Source: Chiloscyllium plagiosum
Taxonomy: Eukaryota
DNA length: 63,870 nucleotides
Assembly (NCBI RefSeq): GCF_004010195.1
Contig: NC_057759.1
Coordinates: 4,206,431 to 4,270,300, forward strand
Reading direction: 5' to 3'
Positions within the stretch are counted from its first letter, which is position 1, and each line of letters starts with the position of its first letter. A program made the translations under genes and the position numbers. The notes under the pieces were generated by a model. That model was not told the DNA's origin and ran no database searches. It was given only the letters and a program-made list of their open reading frames with translations. Below, one piece after another: positions 25,600 to 39,115 of the stretch.

Positions 25600-27135
25600 A
25601 TAGCTACTACAACCATAACAAGTGTTGGTTGAGGGATTCCAGCTCAGATCGTTGAGTTGAAGTCTCAGCTCCGAATATTGCCACACATCAGGGAGGGGCA
25701 GGAGTTACCTGGATGCTTTGTTTCAGGAGGCAGTCACACCCCTTAGATTAACTATCTCAAATCGATCAGTGGTCAGGGATAGGAGGGTGTGACTATGAGT
25801 GATAGAGGAAACCAGAGGGTAGTGCGAAATGAGCCTCAGCCCTACCGCCTGTCAAACAGGTTTGAGATTCTTGCTCCCTGTGTGGATGAGTGTGTGAGGT
25901 CTCGATTAGATTACATTACATTACAGTGTGGAAACAGGCCCTTCGGCCCAACAAGTCCACACCGACCCGCCGAAGCACAACCCACCCATACCCCTACATT
26001 TACCCCATACTGGCAATTTAGCATGGCCAATTCACCTGACCTGCACATCTTTGGACTGTGGGAGGAAACCGGAGCACCCGGAGGAAACCCACGCAGACAC
26101 GGGGAGAACGTGCAAACTCCACACAGTCAGTCGCCTGAGGCAGGAATTGAACCCGTGTCTCTGACGCTGTGAGGCAGTAGTGCTAACCACTGTGCCACCG
26201 TGCCTCCTACTTTTTTAAGACTTGTAAGGCAAGACCTACCCTTCACAAATCCGTGCTGGCTATCCCTAATCAACCAGATACTCATAAATCCTATCCCTCA
26301 GTACTCTTTCCATTACTTTGCCTACCACAGAAGTAAGACTAACTGGCCTGTAATTCCCGGGGTTATCCCTATTCCCTTTTTTGAACAGGGGCACATCATT
26401 CGCCACTCTCCAGTCCCCTGGTACCACCCCCGTTGACAGTGAAGACGAAAAGATCATTGCCAATGGTACTGCAAGGTCTGTAGAGAGGATGCGCAAACTG
26501 ACCACAGCACTGTGGGAGAGGGAGCCATTCAAGAGGAAGGAGAAAAGAGAAATGCAAGTGTAATCAGAAACAGTGTAGTCAGGGGAATAGAGACTCTTCC
26601 CTGTTGCCAGAATCGAGAGTCCCAAAGACAGATTGGCCAGCCTGGTGCCTGGCGTCACGATAGTCATCTGGGTTGCAGAGGAACGATCCAGTTGTCGATG
26701 TAGACAGATCGAGGGAAGAAGTTCTGCTGAAGAAATATGTGCAGCTTAGGGATAAATTAAAAAAACAGAATAAAAATCTCTGGATTACTAACAGAGCCAT
26801 AACGTCAGCAAGATTATAACAGTAAGATGTGTGGGGCTGAAAGATTGGTGTAGGAGAAACAGTTTGAACTCATTGGACATTGGAGAGAGTACTGGGGAAG
26901 GATGGAACTGTTCCGATGGGACAGGCTACACGTGAATGATGCTGGGATCAGAGTCCTGGAGTATGGCATAACCAGGGTCTATATATTGGACTTTAAACTA
27001 AAACATAGGGGTTGATTTTCAGCTGCGTGCAAAATTATGGAAACGTTCAAATGGGGAAGTGCTCAGCACATGTTAAAGTTTACACAACAAGAAATAGGAC
27101 AGAAAGTATGGAAAGGAATTCCCACAGCTAACTAG
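25600..27135 (+). mobile_element. CR1 ORF1 remnant interrupted by a SINE and an antisense CR1 RT fragment (26205-26480)
   Basis: LSNRFEILAP; esterase-like remnants at 26550-27000; WRVANDVPLFKKGNRDNPGNYRPVSLTSVVGK on the minus strand. Confidence 0.7.
25904..26204 (-). mobile_element. HE1-type SINE
   Basis: Reverse complement of the HE1 pattern. Confidence 0.92.
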
Positions 27136-27136
27136 A

Positions 27137-28095
27137 TTACACCTCCTCCCACCCTGGCCCCTGTAAAAACGCCATCCCATATTCCCAATTCCTTCGCCTC
27201 CACCGCATCTGCTCCCAGGAGGACCAATTCCAATACCAAACAACCCAGATGGCCTCCTTCTTCAAAGACTGCAATTTCCCCTCAGATGTGGTTGACAATG
27301 CTCTCCACCGCATCTCCTCCACTTCCCACTCCTCCCACCTTGAACCCTGCCCCTCCAATAGCCACCAGGGCAGAACCCCACTGGTCCTCACCTACCACTC
27401 CACCAATCTCAAGATACATTGTATCATCCTTCGTCATTTCTGCCATCTCCAAACAGACCCCACCACCAAGGATATATTTCGCTCCCCTCCCCTATCAGTG
27501 TTCTGGAAAGACCACTCCCTCCGCGACTCCCTCGTCAGGTCCACACCCCCCACCAACCCAGCCTCCACTCCCAGCACCTTCCGCTGCAAACGCAAGAAAT
27601 GGAAAACTTGCACCCACACCTCCCCCCTCACTTCCCTCCAAGGCCCCAAGGGATCTTCCATATCCACCACAAATTCACCTGCATCTCCACACACATCATT
27701 TACTGCATCCGCTGGACCCGATGTGGCCTCCTCTACATTGGGGAGACAGGCTGCCTACTTGCAGAACATTTCAGAGAACACCTCTGGGACACCACACCAA
27801 CCAACCCAACCACCCCGTGGCAGAACACTTTAACTCCCCCTCCCACTCCGCCAAGGACATGCAGGTCCTTGGCCTCCTCCCTCGCCAGACCATGGCAACA
27901 TGAGGAGGAAGAGCGTCTCATCTTCCGCCTAGGAACCCTCCAACCACAAGGGATTAATGCAGATTTCTCCAGCTTCCTCATTTCCCCTCCCCGCACCTTA
28001 TTTCAGTCCCAACCCATGGACTCAGCACCGCCTTCTTGACCTGTAATCTTCTTCCCGACCTCTCCGCCCCCCACTCCCTCTCCAGCCTATCACCC
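27137..28095 (+). mobile_element. Penelope element, 3' unit (RT thumb, GIY-YIG, start of pLTR)
   Basis: HIIYCIRWTRCGLLYIGETG..EHFREH..EEERLIFRLGTLQPQGIN. Confidence 0.9.
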
Positions 28096-30836
28096 TCTGG
28101 AACTGCTAGGACGCCATTAGCCATGCAGCTGCTGCAGCTGATTGATGACATCACTTCCGGCCCCATCATGGCCGCTTCCACAGCCACTTCTGCCCCTCAC
28201 AATCCCTCATGCACCACACGTGACATCACTTCCGCCCCTCACATCATCGCTGGTGTCACACGCTCAGTGAAGTCCGTCCTCCCAACTGCCGTGTTTGCCA
28301 CCACTTACCCCCCCACTCACCTGCATTCTGCTGACACGCACCCCCCTACACATCCCACTGTCACCATCCTCGCCCCCCAGAACCCTGAGGAGAACACCAC
28401 TCCTGTTCATGACTCCACCCCCATTCCCCCCACCACCACACCTGCCCCTACTCTCATCTCCAAACCCACACAAGGTCCTAGCTCCCAGCCCTGCCGACCT
28501 CCAGACCTCCCCATCACTGAGGACAAGCGATCAGTCCTGATCAAAGGACTCACATTCATCCCCTTCTGCCCACGTATCAATGAGTTTAATACATGCCGTG
28601 ACGTCAAACACTTCTTCTTCCGCCTCCACCTCTGAGCTTATTTTCACAATCAGGACTCCTGCCCACCTTCTGAGGGCCCCTTTGCCCACCTCCAATACAC
28701 TGCATCCACCTTGACACCTCGTGCTGATCTATTACCCGCCCTCAACTTCTTCATATCCAACTGTCACCGGGACATTAACCACCTCAACCTGTCTACACCC
28801 CTCCCCCACTCCAACCTCTCACCCTCACAATGCGCAGCCCTCCAATCCCTCTGCTTCAATCCCAACCTCACCATCAAGCCAGCAGATAAAGGGGGTGCAG
28901 TAGTAGTCTGGTACACTGACCTCGACACCACTGAAGCCAAACGCCAACTTGAGGACATCTCTTCCTACTGCCCTCTCGACCATGACCCCACCCCCCCATC
29001 ACCAAACCATCATCTCCCAAACCATACAGAACCTCATCACCTCAGGAGATCTCCCACCCACAGCTTCCAACCGCATAGTCCAGGAACCCTGCACTTCCCG
29101 GTTCTACCTCCTTCCCAAGACCCACAAGCCTGACCACCCTGGCTGACCCATTGTCTCAGCATGCTCCTGCCCCACTGAACTCATTTCTACCTACCTCAAC
29201 ACTGTCCTATTCCCCCCTAGTCCAGGAACTCCCAACATACATTCAAGACACAACCCATGCCCTCCAAGTCCTCCAAGACTTCAGTTTGTCCGACCTCCAA
29301 CGCCTCATCTTCACCATGGATATCCAGTCCCTCTACACCTCCATCTGCCATGACCAGGACCTCCAAGCCCTCCATTTCTTCCTCTCCCAACGTCTCCAAC
29401 AGTACCCTTCCACCGACACTCTCATTCATTTTGCTGAACTGGTCCTCGCCCTTAACAATTTCTTCTTCGAATCCTCCCACTTCCTCCAGACCAAAGGGGT
29501 AGCCACGGGCACTCGTATGGGCCCCAGCTATGCCTGTCTCGTTGTTGGCTACGTAGAACAGTCCGTCTTCGGTAATTACACCGGCACCACTCCCCACCTC
29601 TTCCTCCGCTACATTGATGACTGCATTGGCGCCACCTAGTGCACCCGCGAGGAGGTTGAGCAATTCATCAACTTCACCAACACATTCCAGCCTGACCTGA
29701 AATTTACCTGGACCATCTCTGACACCTCCCTCCCCTTCCTGGACCTCTCCATCTCCATTAATGACAACCGACTTGACACCAACAGTTTGTATAAACCCGA
29801 CACCCACAGCTACCTGGATTACACATCTTCCCACCCTACCTCCTGCAAAAATGCCATCCCGTATTCCCAATTCCTCCGCCTCCGCCGAATCGACTCCGAG
29901 AAGGACCAGTTCCACCACTGAACACACCAGATGGCCTACATCAGTCTCCTTCTGTGGAGACTGCAATTTCCCTTCCCACGTGGTTAAAGATGCCCTCCAA
30001 CGCATCTTGTCCAAATCCTGCACCCCTGCCCTCAGACCCCACACCTCCAACCGTAACAAGGACAGAATGCCCCTGGTGCTCACCTTCCACCCTACCAACC
30101 TTCGCATAAACCAAATCATCTGCCGACATTTCTGCCACCTCAAAACGGACCCCTCCACCAGGGTTATATTTCCCTCCCCACCCCTTTCCAACTTCCGCAA
30201 GGACCGTTCCCTCTGTCACTACCTAGTCAGGTCCACGCCCCCCTACAACCCACCCTCCCATCCTGGCACCTTCCCCTGCCACCGCAGGAATTGCAAAACC
30301 TGCGACCACACCTCCTCCCTCACCTACATCCAAGGCCGTAAAGGAGCCTTTCACATCCATCAAAGATTTACCTACACATCTACCAATATCATTTATTGTA
30401 TCCGTTGCTCCCGATGCAGTCTCCTCTACATTGGGGAGACTGGACGCCTCCTCGCAGAGCGCTTTAGGGAACATCTCTGGGACACCCGCACCAATCAACC
30501 ACACCGCCCTGTGGCCCAACATTTCAACTCCCACTCTGCTGAGGACATGGAGGTCCTGGGCCTCCTTCACCGCCGCTCCCTCACCACCTGACGCCTGGAG
30601 GAAGAACGCCTCATCTTCCGCCTCGGAACACTTTAACCCCAGGGCATTAATGTGGACTTCAACAGTTTCCTTATTTCCTCTTACCCCACCTCACCCCAGT
30701 TCCAAACTTCCAGCTCAGCACTGTCCCCATGACTTGTCCTACCTGCCTATCTTCTTTTCCACCTATCCACTCCACCCTCCTCCCTGACTTATCACCTTCA
30801 TCCACTCCCCCACTCACCTATTGTACTCTATGCTAC
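28096..30836 (+). mobile_element. Penelope element, near-complete RT plus GIY-YIG ORF (disrupted); continues at 39858-39990 beyond the ERV
   Basis: IKPADKGGAVVVW, FTMDIQSLYT, QTKGVATGTRMGPSYA, FLRYIDDC, NIIYCIRCSRCSLLYIGETGR; multiple stops and frameshifts. Confidence 0.93.
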
Positions 30837-31555
30837 TGTGCGATATAGTAAAGTAGTGTTACTTCTGCAATTATAATTACTTATACAAAGTAAATGAACT
30901 CACACCAGAGTGTAATTGTTTCAGCCAAGAGCTGAGTTAACAAGAATGGAAACTATGTGGAGGAAATAATAATTATTTTTGTATTAGCTAAAATTGCTTA
31001 CAAGAATAAAACATGACTGCAAAACAATGGTAGATATTACAGGCGAATAGATAAGCTGCTGTGAGGGGAGGAAGTTAAGCTAGATACGCCTGTACAAACA
31101 GTAGGTTTCCCACTTTTACAGAAACACAGAAACAAACCCCATTTAAAAGGGTCATAAGGATCAGTATGGTAGGGGAAGGCACAGATGGAGGGAGTAGATA
31201 ATGGTGAAGAAAGGATATGCCTAACAATGACCCACAGCAGGATGAGGTCAAACGGCCTTGTGAGGCCAGAATTAAGCATTTTGTCACAGACAAGGCCGGA
31301 TAAGGCAAGAGATAAACAGGAGTAATGGGTGCCGGTCTTAGAGAAGTGAGAGATGTAAACAGGGGAGGAGCAATGAAATAAAAAAAGAAACCAAATTATA
31401 TAAATATCATGTATTAATTGAATTCAGTGTGTGTGTCCCTTGCCTTGTAGACAGTGGACATCACACCCTCTTGCAAGAGTAAAATAAAGAACACTACTGA
31501 TTCAGATTTTGTCTCGGACTGAAATTATTGAAGTGTGTGAGCTTAGTTTCTCACA
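30837..31555 (+). repeat. ERV 5' LTR
   Basis: TGTG...CTCACA; TATATAAA near 31397 and AATAAA near 31483; direct repeat of 39133-39857. Confidence 0.95.
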
Positions 31556-31557
31556 AC

Positions 31558-31575
31558 TGGGGGCTCATCCAGGAT
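31558..31575 (+). promoter_or_regulatory. Primer-binding site, tRNA-Pro
   Basis: TGGGGGCTCATCCAGGAT versus canonical PBS-Pro TGGGGGCTCGTCCGGGAT (two CpG-type G>A changes); splice donor AAG|GTAAGA at 31787. Confidence 0.9.
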
Positions 31576-31870
31576 TCTCTTCCATCGCCGGAGGGAGTGG
31601 CTGGCCTTGTACAGTGAGAAGACGCTTCCCGTTCCCAATTGAGGAGCGGTCTCGTGTCCCAGTTTGGTCCGCTCCCTTGGGCGACTGGTATGCATCCCAC
31701 AAGAGAGACATCTGAATCAGACAGTGACAGGAGGTCGATAGAAAATATGGCAAAAAGGGGCCAGGCAACTCTGTGCACAGACCAAGGTAAGAAACCTGAC
31801 TTTTAAGTATTGCCTTGGTGGCCGAGAAAAGGGGTATTTAATCGCTGAGGGACTGGCGAGGGCCCGGGAA

Positions 31871-33491
31871 ATAGGGGGTAGGCAGAGTAACTGTCACGGA
31901 GTAAGGGAAGAAAGAGTCCCTGATAACATTCCTCCTGAAAGTCCGTTGGGGAGGATGTTGCGCGAATGGACAAGCAATACTTGTACAAGGGCAAAAGATG
32001 AAAAGAAAATGATTAAATATTGTTGTTTAGTATGGACCAAAGAACCAGTCCTTCGTCCGGCTGTCTTCAGGTCAAAGTATGGTTCGGACGAGGATTGGGC
32101 ATGTCAGTATTTAGGTTTGTATGTGAATGGAAAACAATCTTTTAGTCAAGAGGAGTTGGACTATGCGGCCTGTTGGAAGGGCAGTTTGGGAATGATGGGA
32201 GAAAAGACAAGGGATTCCCCCTCTGCCCCACCCTGGGATCCTCTTAGCTGTTTGCCCCCCCCCCCCCCACGTACCATAAAATCAGGTTATGTGAACATGG
32301 GGGAGGAGGAGAGACAGACAGACAGGGACAGGGAACAGATGATTCACAAGAGGAGGATGAGGGGGCTGTGGACGGGGATGTTGTTGTTCCTGACCCTCAA
32401 TCCTCAGCAAAAGAAAGGGAAGCTACAGTAGCTGTAGAGGAGGCCTCCAGAAGATCTAAATCAAAGCCTAAGGGGGGGAAATAAAAGAAAAAGGGGAAGA
32501 ACGTAACGACTTATCCCCTTCGGAGGTACCCATAGGGGACAAAGAGATTGGGTTTGTAAGTGCCCCCCTCACCAGTGGGGAGGTCAGAACATTTAAAAAG
32601 GAAATGAAGGTCCTGGTTGAGGATCCGTTAGGGTTGTCTGAACAAATTGATCAATGTTTGGGGCCCAGTCTATATACCTGGGCTGAATTAATGTCTATTT
32701 TGAATATACTATTTACTGGGGAGGAAAGGGGACTTATACGAGGAGCTGCCATTAAAATATGGGACAGGGAACACCAGATTGGAGATGGGGATGCTGGACA
32801 GGGCGAGGTGAAGTTTCCCCTCAGAGACCCCAAGTGGGAAAATCAAAACCCAGAGCATAGAGAAGAAATGAGGGAATTGAAAGACCTGATTCTAAAAGGA
32901 ATAAGAGAGGCAGTTCCGAAGTCGCAGAATTTGACTAAACCCTTTGAAGTTAGCCAGGAGAAAGATGAGACTCCCTCAGCTTTCTTGCAAAGATTAAGAG
33001 ACTCAATGAGGAAATATTCTGGAATGAACCCTGAGGACCCAGTGGCACAGGATCTTTTGAAAGTACATTTTGTGACAAAAGGCATGGCCAGACATACGGA
33101 GAAAGATACAGAAGATAGAAGGGTGGAGTGAAAAATCATTAGATGAATTGTTAAGAGAGGCACAGAAAGTGTTTGTAAAGAGGAAGGATGAGAGACAAAA
33201 ACAGAAGGTGAAAATGATGGTAGCTATGGTTAATGAGGTAGTTAAGAAAAGAATGGAACCAATATTGAGCAACAGGAGCGGCGGGTGGCAGCATGTAGGA
33301 CAGAGAGAAAGGAGAAGAGAGAGAGGACAAGGGGGAACATTTGATAGAGGGTTCGAGCGACAGGGGCAGAGATGGAGGTCTCCACAGGCAGGATGCTATT
33401 ATTGTGGAAAGACAGGGCATTTTAAGCGGGGGTGTCCTGATCTACAAAGGGAAGAAGGGCAATTCCGCTTATGAATTTTGATGAAGAATAG
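31871..33491 (+). pseudogene. gag: ERV gag (MA, PSAP late domain, CA, CCHC NC), disrupted; start approximate
   Basis: SPLGRMLREW, PSAPP, QEKDETPSAFLQRL (MHR), CYYCGKTGHFKRGC; ends DEE-TAG at 33489-33491. Confidence 0.9.
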
Positions 33492-36400
33492 GGGTGTCAG
33501 GGGTTCCTGCCCTCGGGGGGCCCACCAGTAACCCTTGATAAACTTCAAGGTGGGACCCTGTAGGGAAGAGGTAGTCTTCCTAGGAGTTACGGGGGTGGCA
33601 TGGTCATCGCTGAATTTTAAAACAAAGCAAGTAGAAATGTCGACACGGTCAATTACTGTTTCGGGGGTAAAAGGGGAGGGATTTACTGTTCCAGTATTTG
33701 AACCTATGATGATAGAAGGTCCTAAGGATAGGGTTACAGGGGAACTGTTGTATATCCCTGATATAGGAAGTAACTTACTAGGGAGAGACTTAATTATCCT
33801 CTTAGGACTGGAGGTTGGAATTCAGGAAAAAGAATTAGTTGTACAAATGGCAATGTTGACAGAGGATGTGGAGAGAGAGATAGACCCTATTGTTTGGGCT
33901 AGAGAAGGGAATCATGGAAGACTACAGATCCCTCCCCTTGAAATAAGTTTAAAAAGGAAAGGGGACGTTGTCTGTGAGCGACAATATCCCATTTCCATAG
34001 AAGGTAAACGAGGACTGCAGCCAGTAATTGAGGGCCTGATTAGAAATGGACTGTTGGAGCCATGTATGTCTCCTTATAATACCCCAATTCTACCAGTGCG
34101 GAAATCTGATGGAACTTATCAATTGGTGCAGGATTTCAGAACGTTAAATTGATCAGGCACCCAGTGGTGCCAAACCCCTATACGTTATTAAGTAAGATCC
34201 CTCATGACCACAAATGGCTTAGTGTGATAGATTTAAAGGATGCCTTTTGGGCCTGTCCCTTGGCGGAGGAAAGTAGGAATTTGTTCGCCTTTGAATGGGA
34301 AGACCCCAAGACAGGACGGAAACAGCAATACCGGTGGACTGTGCTCCCCCAGGGGTTTACGGAATCCCCGAATTTATTTGGACAGTTGTTAGAACAAATA
34401 TTGGAGAAATTTAGCAGCCCCAAGGGGACTACCCTGTTGTAGTATGTAGACGACCTCTTAGTAACAGGAAAAAGAAGAGAAAGAGTAGTAGAAGCCACTA
34501 ACAAATTATTGAATTTCCTGGGCCAACATGGACTGCGAGTATCTAAAAACAAACTTCAATATGTGGAGCGAGAAGTGAAATACTTGGGACATTTAGTTAG
34601 TGAGAGAAAGTGAAAGATAAGCCCGGAACGGATAGAGGGAATAGTGGGGATGCTGCTGCCCAGCACTAAACGGGAGTTACGTACATTTTTGAGTCGAACG
34701 GGATATTGCAGATTGTGGATTGATTCCTATGCTCAAAAGACTAAGAAATTAGATCTCAAACTATTAGAGGAGGAACCAAAATGTCTAAGTTGGGATGATG
34801 AGGAAAAAGAACTAGTTGAGGAACTGAGGATCTGATCCATGCCCCCGTGTTAGCCTTCCCTTCCCTCGATAAACCTTTCCACCTCTTTGCTACCATAGAT
34901 AAGGGAGCGGCTTTCGGAGTATTAACACAGAGGTGGGGAGGAATGAAACAGCCAGTAGCATATCTTTCGAAGCTATTGGATCCAGTATCCCGAGGGTGGC
35001 CTGAGTGTGTGCAGGCTGTGGCTGCCACTGCACTGTTGGTGGAGGAAAGCAGAAAGCTTACGTTTGGGGAGCCCTAATAGGAAGCACCCCACACCAAGTG
35101 AGAACGATCCTAAACCAAAAAGCTGGGCGATGGTCGACAGATGGTTGGATTTTGAAATATGAGGCGATATTAATAGAAAAGGATGATCTAGTGCTGGTCA
35201 TGGACAATTGTTTAAATCCAGCTGCCTTTCTTTGGAAAGGGGAAGGAGACTCTCCTCAGAATCCAGGGCACGACTGCCTTGACATTATAGAATACTAAAC
35301 TAAGGTCCGCATGGACCTGAGAGATGTTCCACTTCATGCAGGGGCTAGACTTTTTATAGACGGATCATCCCGGGTGACTGAAGGGAAAAGACATAATGGG
35401 TATGCAGTCGTAGATGGGACAAAAGGTAGTGTGGTGGAGGCAGCAAGGTTGCCAAATGGGTGGTCAGCTCAGACCTGCGAACTCTATGCATTGGAAAGAG
35501 CTCTTAGGGCATTAGAAAGTAAAGAGGGAACAGTATACACTGACTCTAAATATGTATTTGGTGTTGTGCACACTTTCGGAAAGATATGGCAGGAAAGAGG
35601 ACTGATCAATAGTCGAGGGAAGGAATTAGTTCATGAAGAATTGATTAAACGGGTCTTGGAATCCCTGTTACTCCCCCGAGAAATAGCAGTAGTGCATGTA
35701 AATGGTCATCAGAAAGGAAATGAACCAGATGTTAGGGGAAATAGATTAGCCGATGAAGTGGCTAAGGAAGCCGCCCAGAACCCACAAGAAGTGGTGATTC
35801 ATTCCCTAATACCTACTGTCCCTAATACCTGTAGGTGTTACAGGGGGTAATACCTACTGTCCCAGGTCATCGGGAAACTCCTATATTTACTGAAAGAGAA
35901 GAAAAAGAATTGAAAGATTTAGGGGCTGCAAAAACAGCAGATAGGCATTGGATGTTACCTGATGGAAGGGAAATGTTAAAAAAAAATGATGCGGGAGATT
36001 ATGGCCGTTCTACACCAAGGCAGCCACTGGGGAGTACAAGCAATGTGTGATTTAGTTCTTCGGGAATATGGATGTAAAGGAATATATACCATTGCTAAAC
36101 AAATATGTGAGGGATGTATAATATGCAGAAAGGTAAATAAGAAAGTCTTGAGAAAACAGACCCCGGGAGGAAGAGACCGAGGATTGAGACCCTTCCAGAG
36201 TATACAAGTAGATTATACTGAACTACCCAGAGTAGGAAGCCTCAAATATATGTTGGTCATAGTAGATCATTTATCCGGTTGGGTTGAGGCATACACCCTA
36301 GCTACTGCCACTGCGAGTGGGGTGTCTAAAACAATATTGGAGCACATAATTCCGCGATATGGCATAGTGAACCGTATAGATTCCGACCAAGGAACTCATT

Positions 36401-37055
36401 TTACCTCTAAAGTGTTACAGGGGGTAATGAAAGGGTTGCAAATTTCCTTGGAGTTCCATACTCCATGGCACTGGCCATCATCGGGAAGGGTTGAGAGAAT
36501 GAACCAAACACTCAAACGTCAGCTCCAAACACTCAAATGACAGCTCTCTAAATTGATAATAGAAACCAGACTCCCTTGGACCAAATGTTTACCTATAGCT
36601 CTCTTGCGAGTACAAACAGCCCCAAGGAAAGATTTGGGACTATCCCCCTTGAAATCTTATTTGGATTACCTTATCTGGGAACGAATGGAGAATTGCCAAT
36701 TCCCGAAACTAAAGATTTGTTTTAAAAGAAGTATATACTGGGCTTGTCCTCCTCTTTGTCTTTCCTCAGGAAACAGGGTTTATTGGCACAGACTCCACCC
36801 CTTGAATTCACCGTTCATCCCATCCGGCCAGGCGATTGGGTCTTAGTAAAATCATGGGTAGAGACTAAATTGCAGCCGGACTGGGAAGGGCCATACCAGG
36901 CTCTTTTGACTACCGAAACGGCAATAAGGACGGTGGAGAAAGGCTGGACTCACTACACTCGGATCAAAGGGCCAGTGGACTCTCCAGTTGAGGAAGAAGT
37001 CTGGACAGCCGAATCAACGCAAGACCCGCTGAAACTCAGACTAAAGAGACTTTAA
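33492..37055 (+). pseudogene. pol: ERV pro-pol (PR, RT, RNase H, IN), disrupted
   Basis: Protease DTG mutated to VTG, NLLGRD, LPQGFTESP, YVDD, FIDGSS, QVDYTEL..DSDQGTHF..GRVERMN, WEGPY. Confidence 0.95.
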
Positions 37056-37133
37056 GTAACTGATTATACAGTGGCGACGCGAGCACGGGATTATTTCTGT
37101 AAGATTGTATATTAAGTCTTTTTGTGCTTTAGC

Positions 37134-39083
37134 ATGATGTTTAGAATACTCGGAATGCTTAGAGTTATGATGCTAGCCCTCTTAGTATTAGGATTTTGTC
37201 AAATATCATTTTCATATGTATTATTAACGGTTCCTGAGTCGGATAATGCACAAGTAATAGTCGCTGATGCATGCAACTTAGTAAATTGTGGGGATGTAGA
37301 TAATCAGAGACAGTACCGCAGCTCTGAGATACATCTTAAGTCCTATGGGGATGGCCTTGGGGATGGTACTTGGTATAATGGTCTCATCACAGTACACCGG
37401 GCCCCCTTCCGACCAGCTCGCGATTGTCCCGATAAAAAGTGTAACCCAATATACCTAACGATAAAGAAAACCACATGGCGCAAAGCAATTCTGGGGGGGG
37501 GGGGCACCTATGAGATACAATTAGATGAAACATTTGGGATAGTAATGAAAGAAAGCGGGAAGGATTTCTCGGGCTGTTGTTTTCGAATTAGTGTAGGACA
37601 GGTAAAATGGGTAGAACTACTGGATAATAAGGTACAAGCTTTCACCCCTCCCGATGATCCTAAAGTAGTAAAAATAATAGAGGTAAAGGACTTGAAACAG
37701 ACCATCGAAATAGAAACTGGGTACGGGGATGCAAATGCCTGGGTTGAATGGGTAAAGTATACTGTAAAAGTCTGAACAAATGCAATTGCTATGCATGTGC
37801 CTCCGGTAGGCCAGTGGCCCAGATGGTTCCCTTTCCGCTCGGGTGGAAGCGAGACAGGAAGGGCTTGAAATGTATGATAGCCCTGTATCAGGATGAGACT
37901 GCATGGAATGATAAGAATTGTACCTCCTTATCTCTGATGTTCCCTCCCTTGGAGAAGAAAGATGCAAAAGTCTCCCCGACATTTTCCACCGCAGTTGGAA
38001 ATCGCACGTCGTGTGTGCGTAGGCAAGGTACAAGTCAGTCGAGAGATTTGGGGGAGCTGACATTATATACAGAGATTAAGAATGTTACCGAAACGGACAA
38101 GGGAGGGAACTACTCAGCACTAAAGGTTCCCCGAGGGGATCTGTGGTGATACTGTGGAGGCAAAATATTGAGATCCATTGGAGAGGGATATGTGCAATTG
38201 TACAATTGGCAATTCCATTTTCTCTGACATTTGAGAAGGAAAAGATAGTAGGGAAAAACAGAAGGGCTAAGAGATCACGGTTAGACACTTCTTTCGATGA
38301 CAAGATTTATCTCGATTCGGTAGGAGTCCCTGGGGGGCGGGGGGGGGGGTACCTGATGAATTCAAGGTTCGTAACCAGATTGCAGCAGGCTTTGAATCAG
38401 CTCACTTTTGGTGGGTAACAATTAATAACAATGTAGATTGGATAAATTACATTTTCTATAATCAACGGCGATTTATAAATTATACAAGAGATGCAGTTAA
38501 AGGAATATCAGAACAGCTTGATGCGACAAGTAGGATGGCATGGAAAAACCAAGAGATGCGGTTAAAAGAATATCAGACCAACTTCATGCGACAAGTAGGA
38601 TGGCATGGGAGAACAGAATTGCCCTTGATATGATTTTAGCAGAAAAAGTGTGTATGTGTGTGTGTGATGTTAGGAGGAAGCTGTTGTACCTTTATTCCTA
38701 ATAACACTGCACCTGATGGTTCAATTACTCAGGCCTTAAGGAGATTGACTGCCTTAGCAGAGGAATTGGCTGAGAATTCAGGAGTAGACACATCTCTCAG
38801 GGGATGGCTTGAATCATGGTTTGGAAAATGGAAGGGGGTGGTGGTTTCGATCCTAACTTCCCTGATAGTAGTTGTCGGGGTATTGGTGGCTATTGGCTGT
38901 TGTATCATACCCTGTATACGAGGGCTCACCCAAAGATTGATTGAGACAGCCTTAATGAAACAGATGCCCCTAAAAGGGAATCAGGCAGAGGAACTTTATC
39001 GACTAAATAATGAGGGGATGAGTGAGACCAAGATGGATGAAATCTCCAGAATGACGCTCGCAAATTTCAGGGGCGATGCTTAA
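37134..39083 (+). pseudogene. env: ERV env (SU/TM, gamma-type), disrupted
   Basis: Signal peptide, CYAC, furin site RAKR, ISD-like WENRIALDMILAEK, CVMLGGSCC (CX6CC), TM VVVSILTSLIVVVGVLVAIG. Confidence 0.92.
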
Positions 39084-39115
39084 AAGAAAAATGCAGAAGA
39101 TAACAAATGGTAATC

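Noticed and set aside
29217..30200. 327-aa minus-strand ORF
   Set aside because: Antisense to the C-rich Penelope RT ORF
37134..39083. Domesticated (syncytin-like) env
   Set aside because: Multiple frameshifts and stops, plus a damaged ISD region
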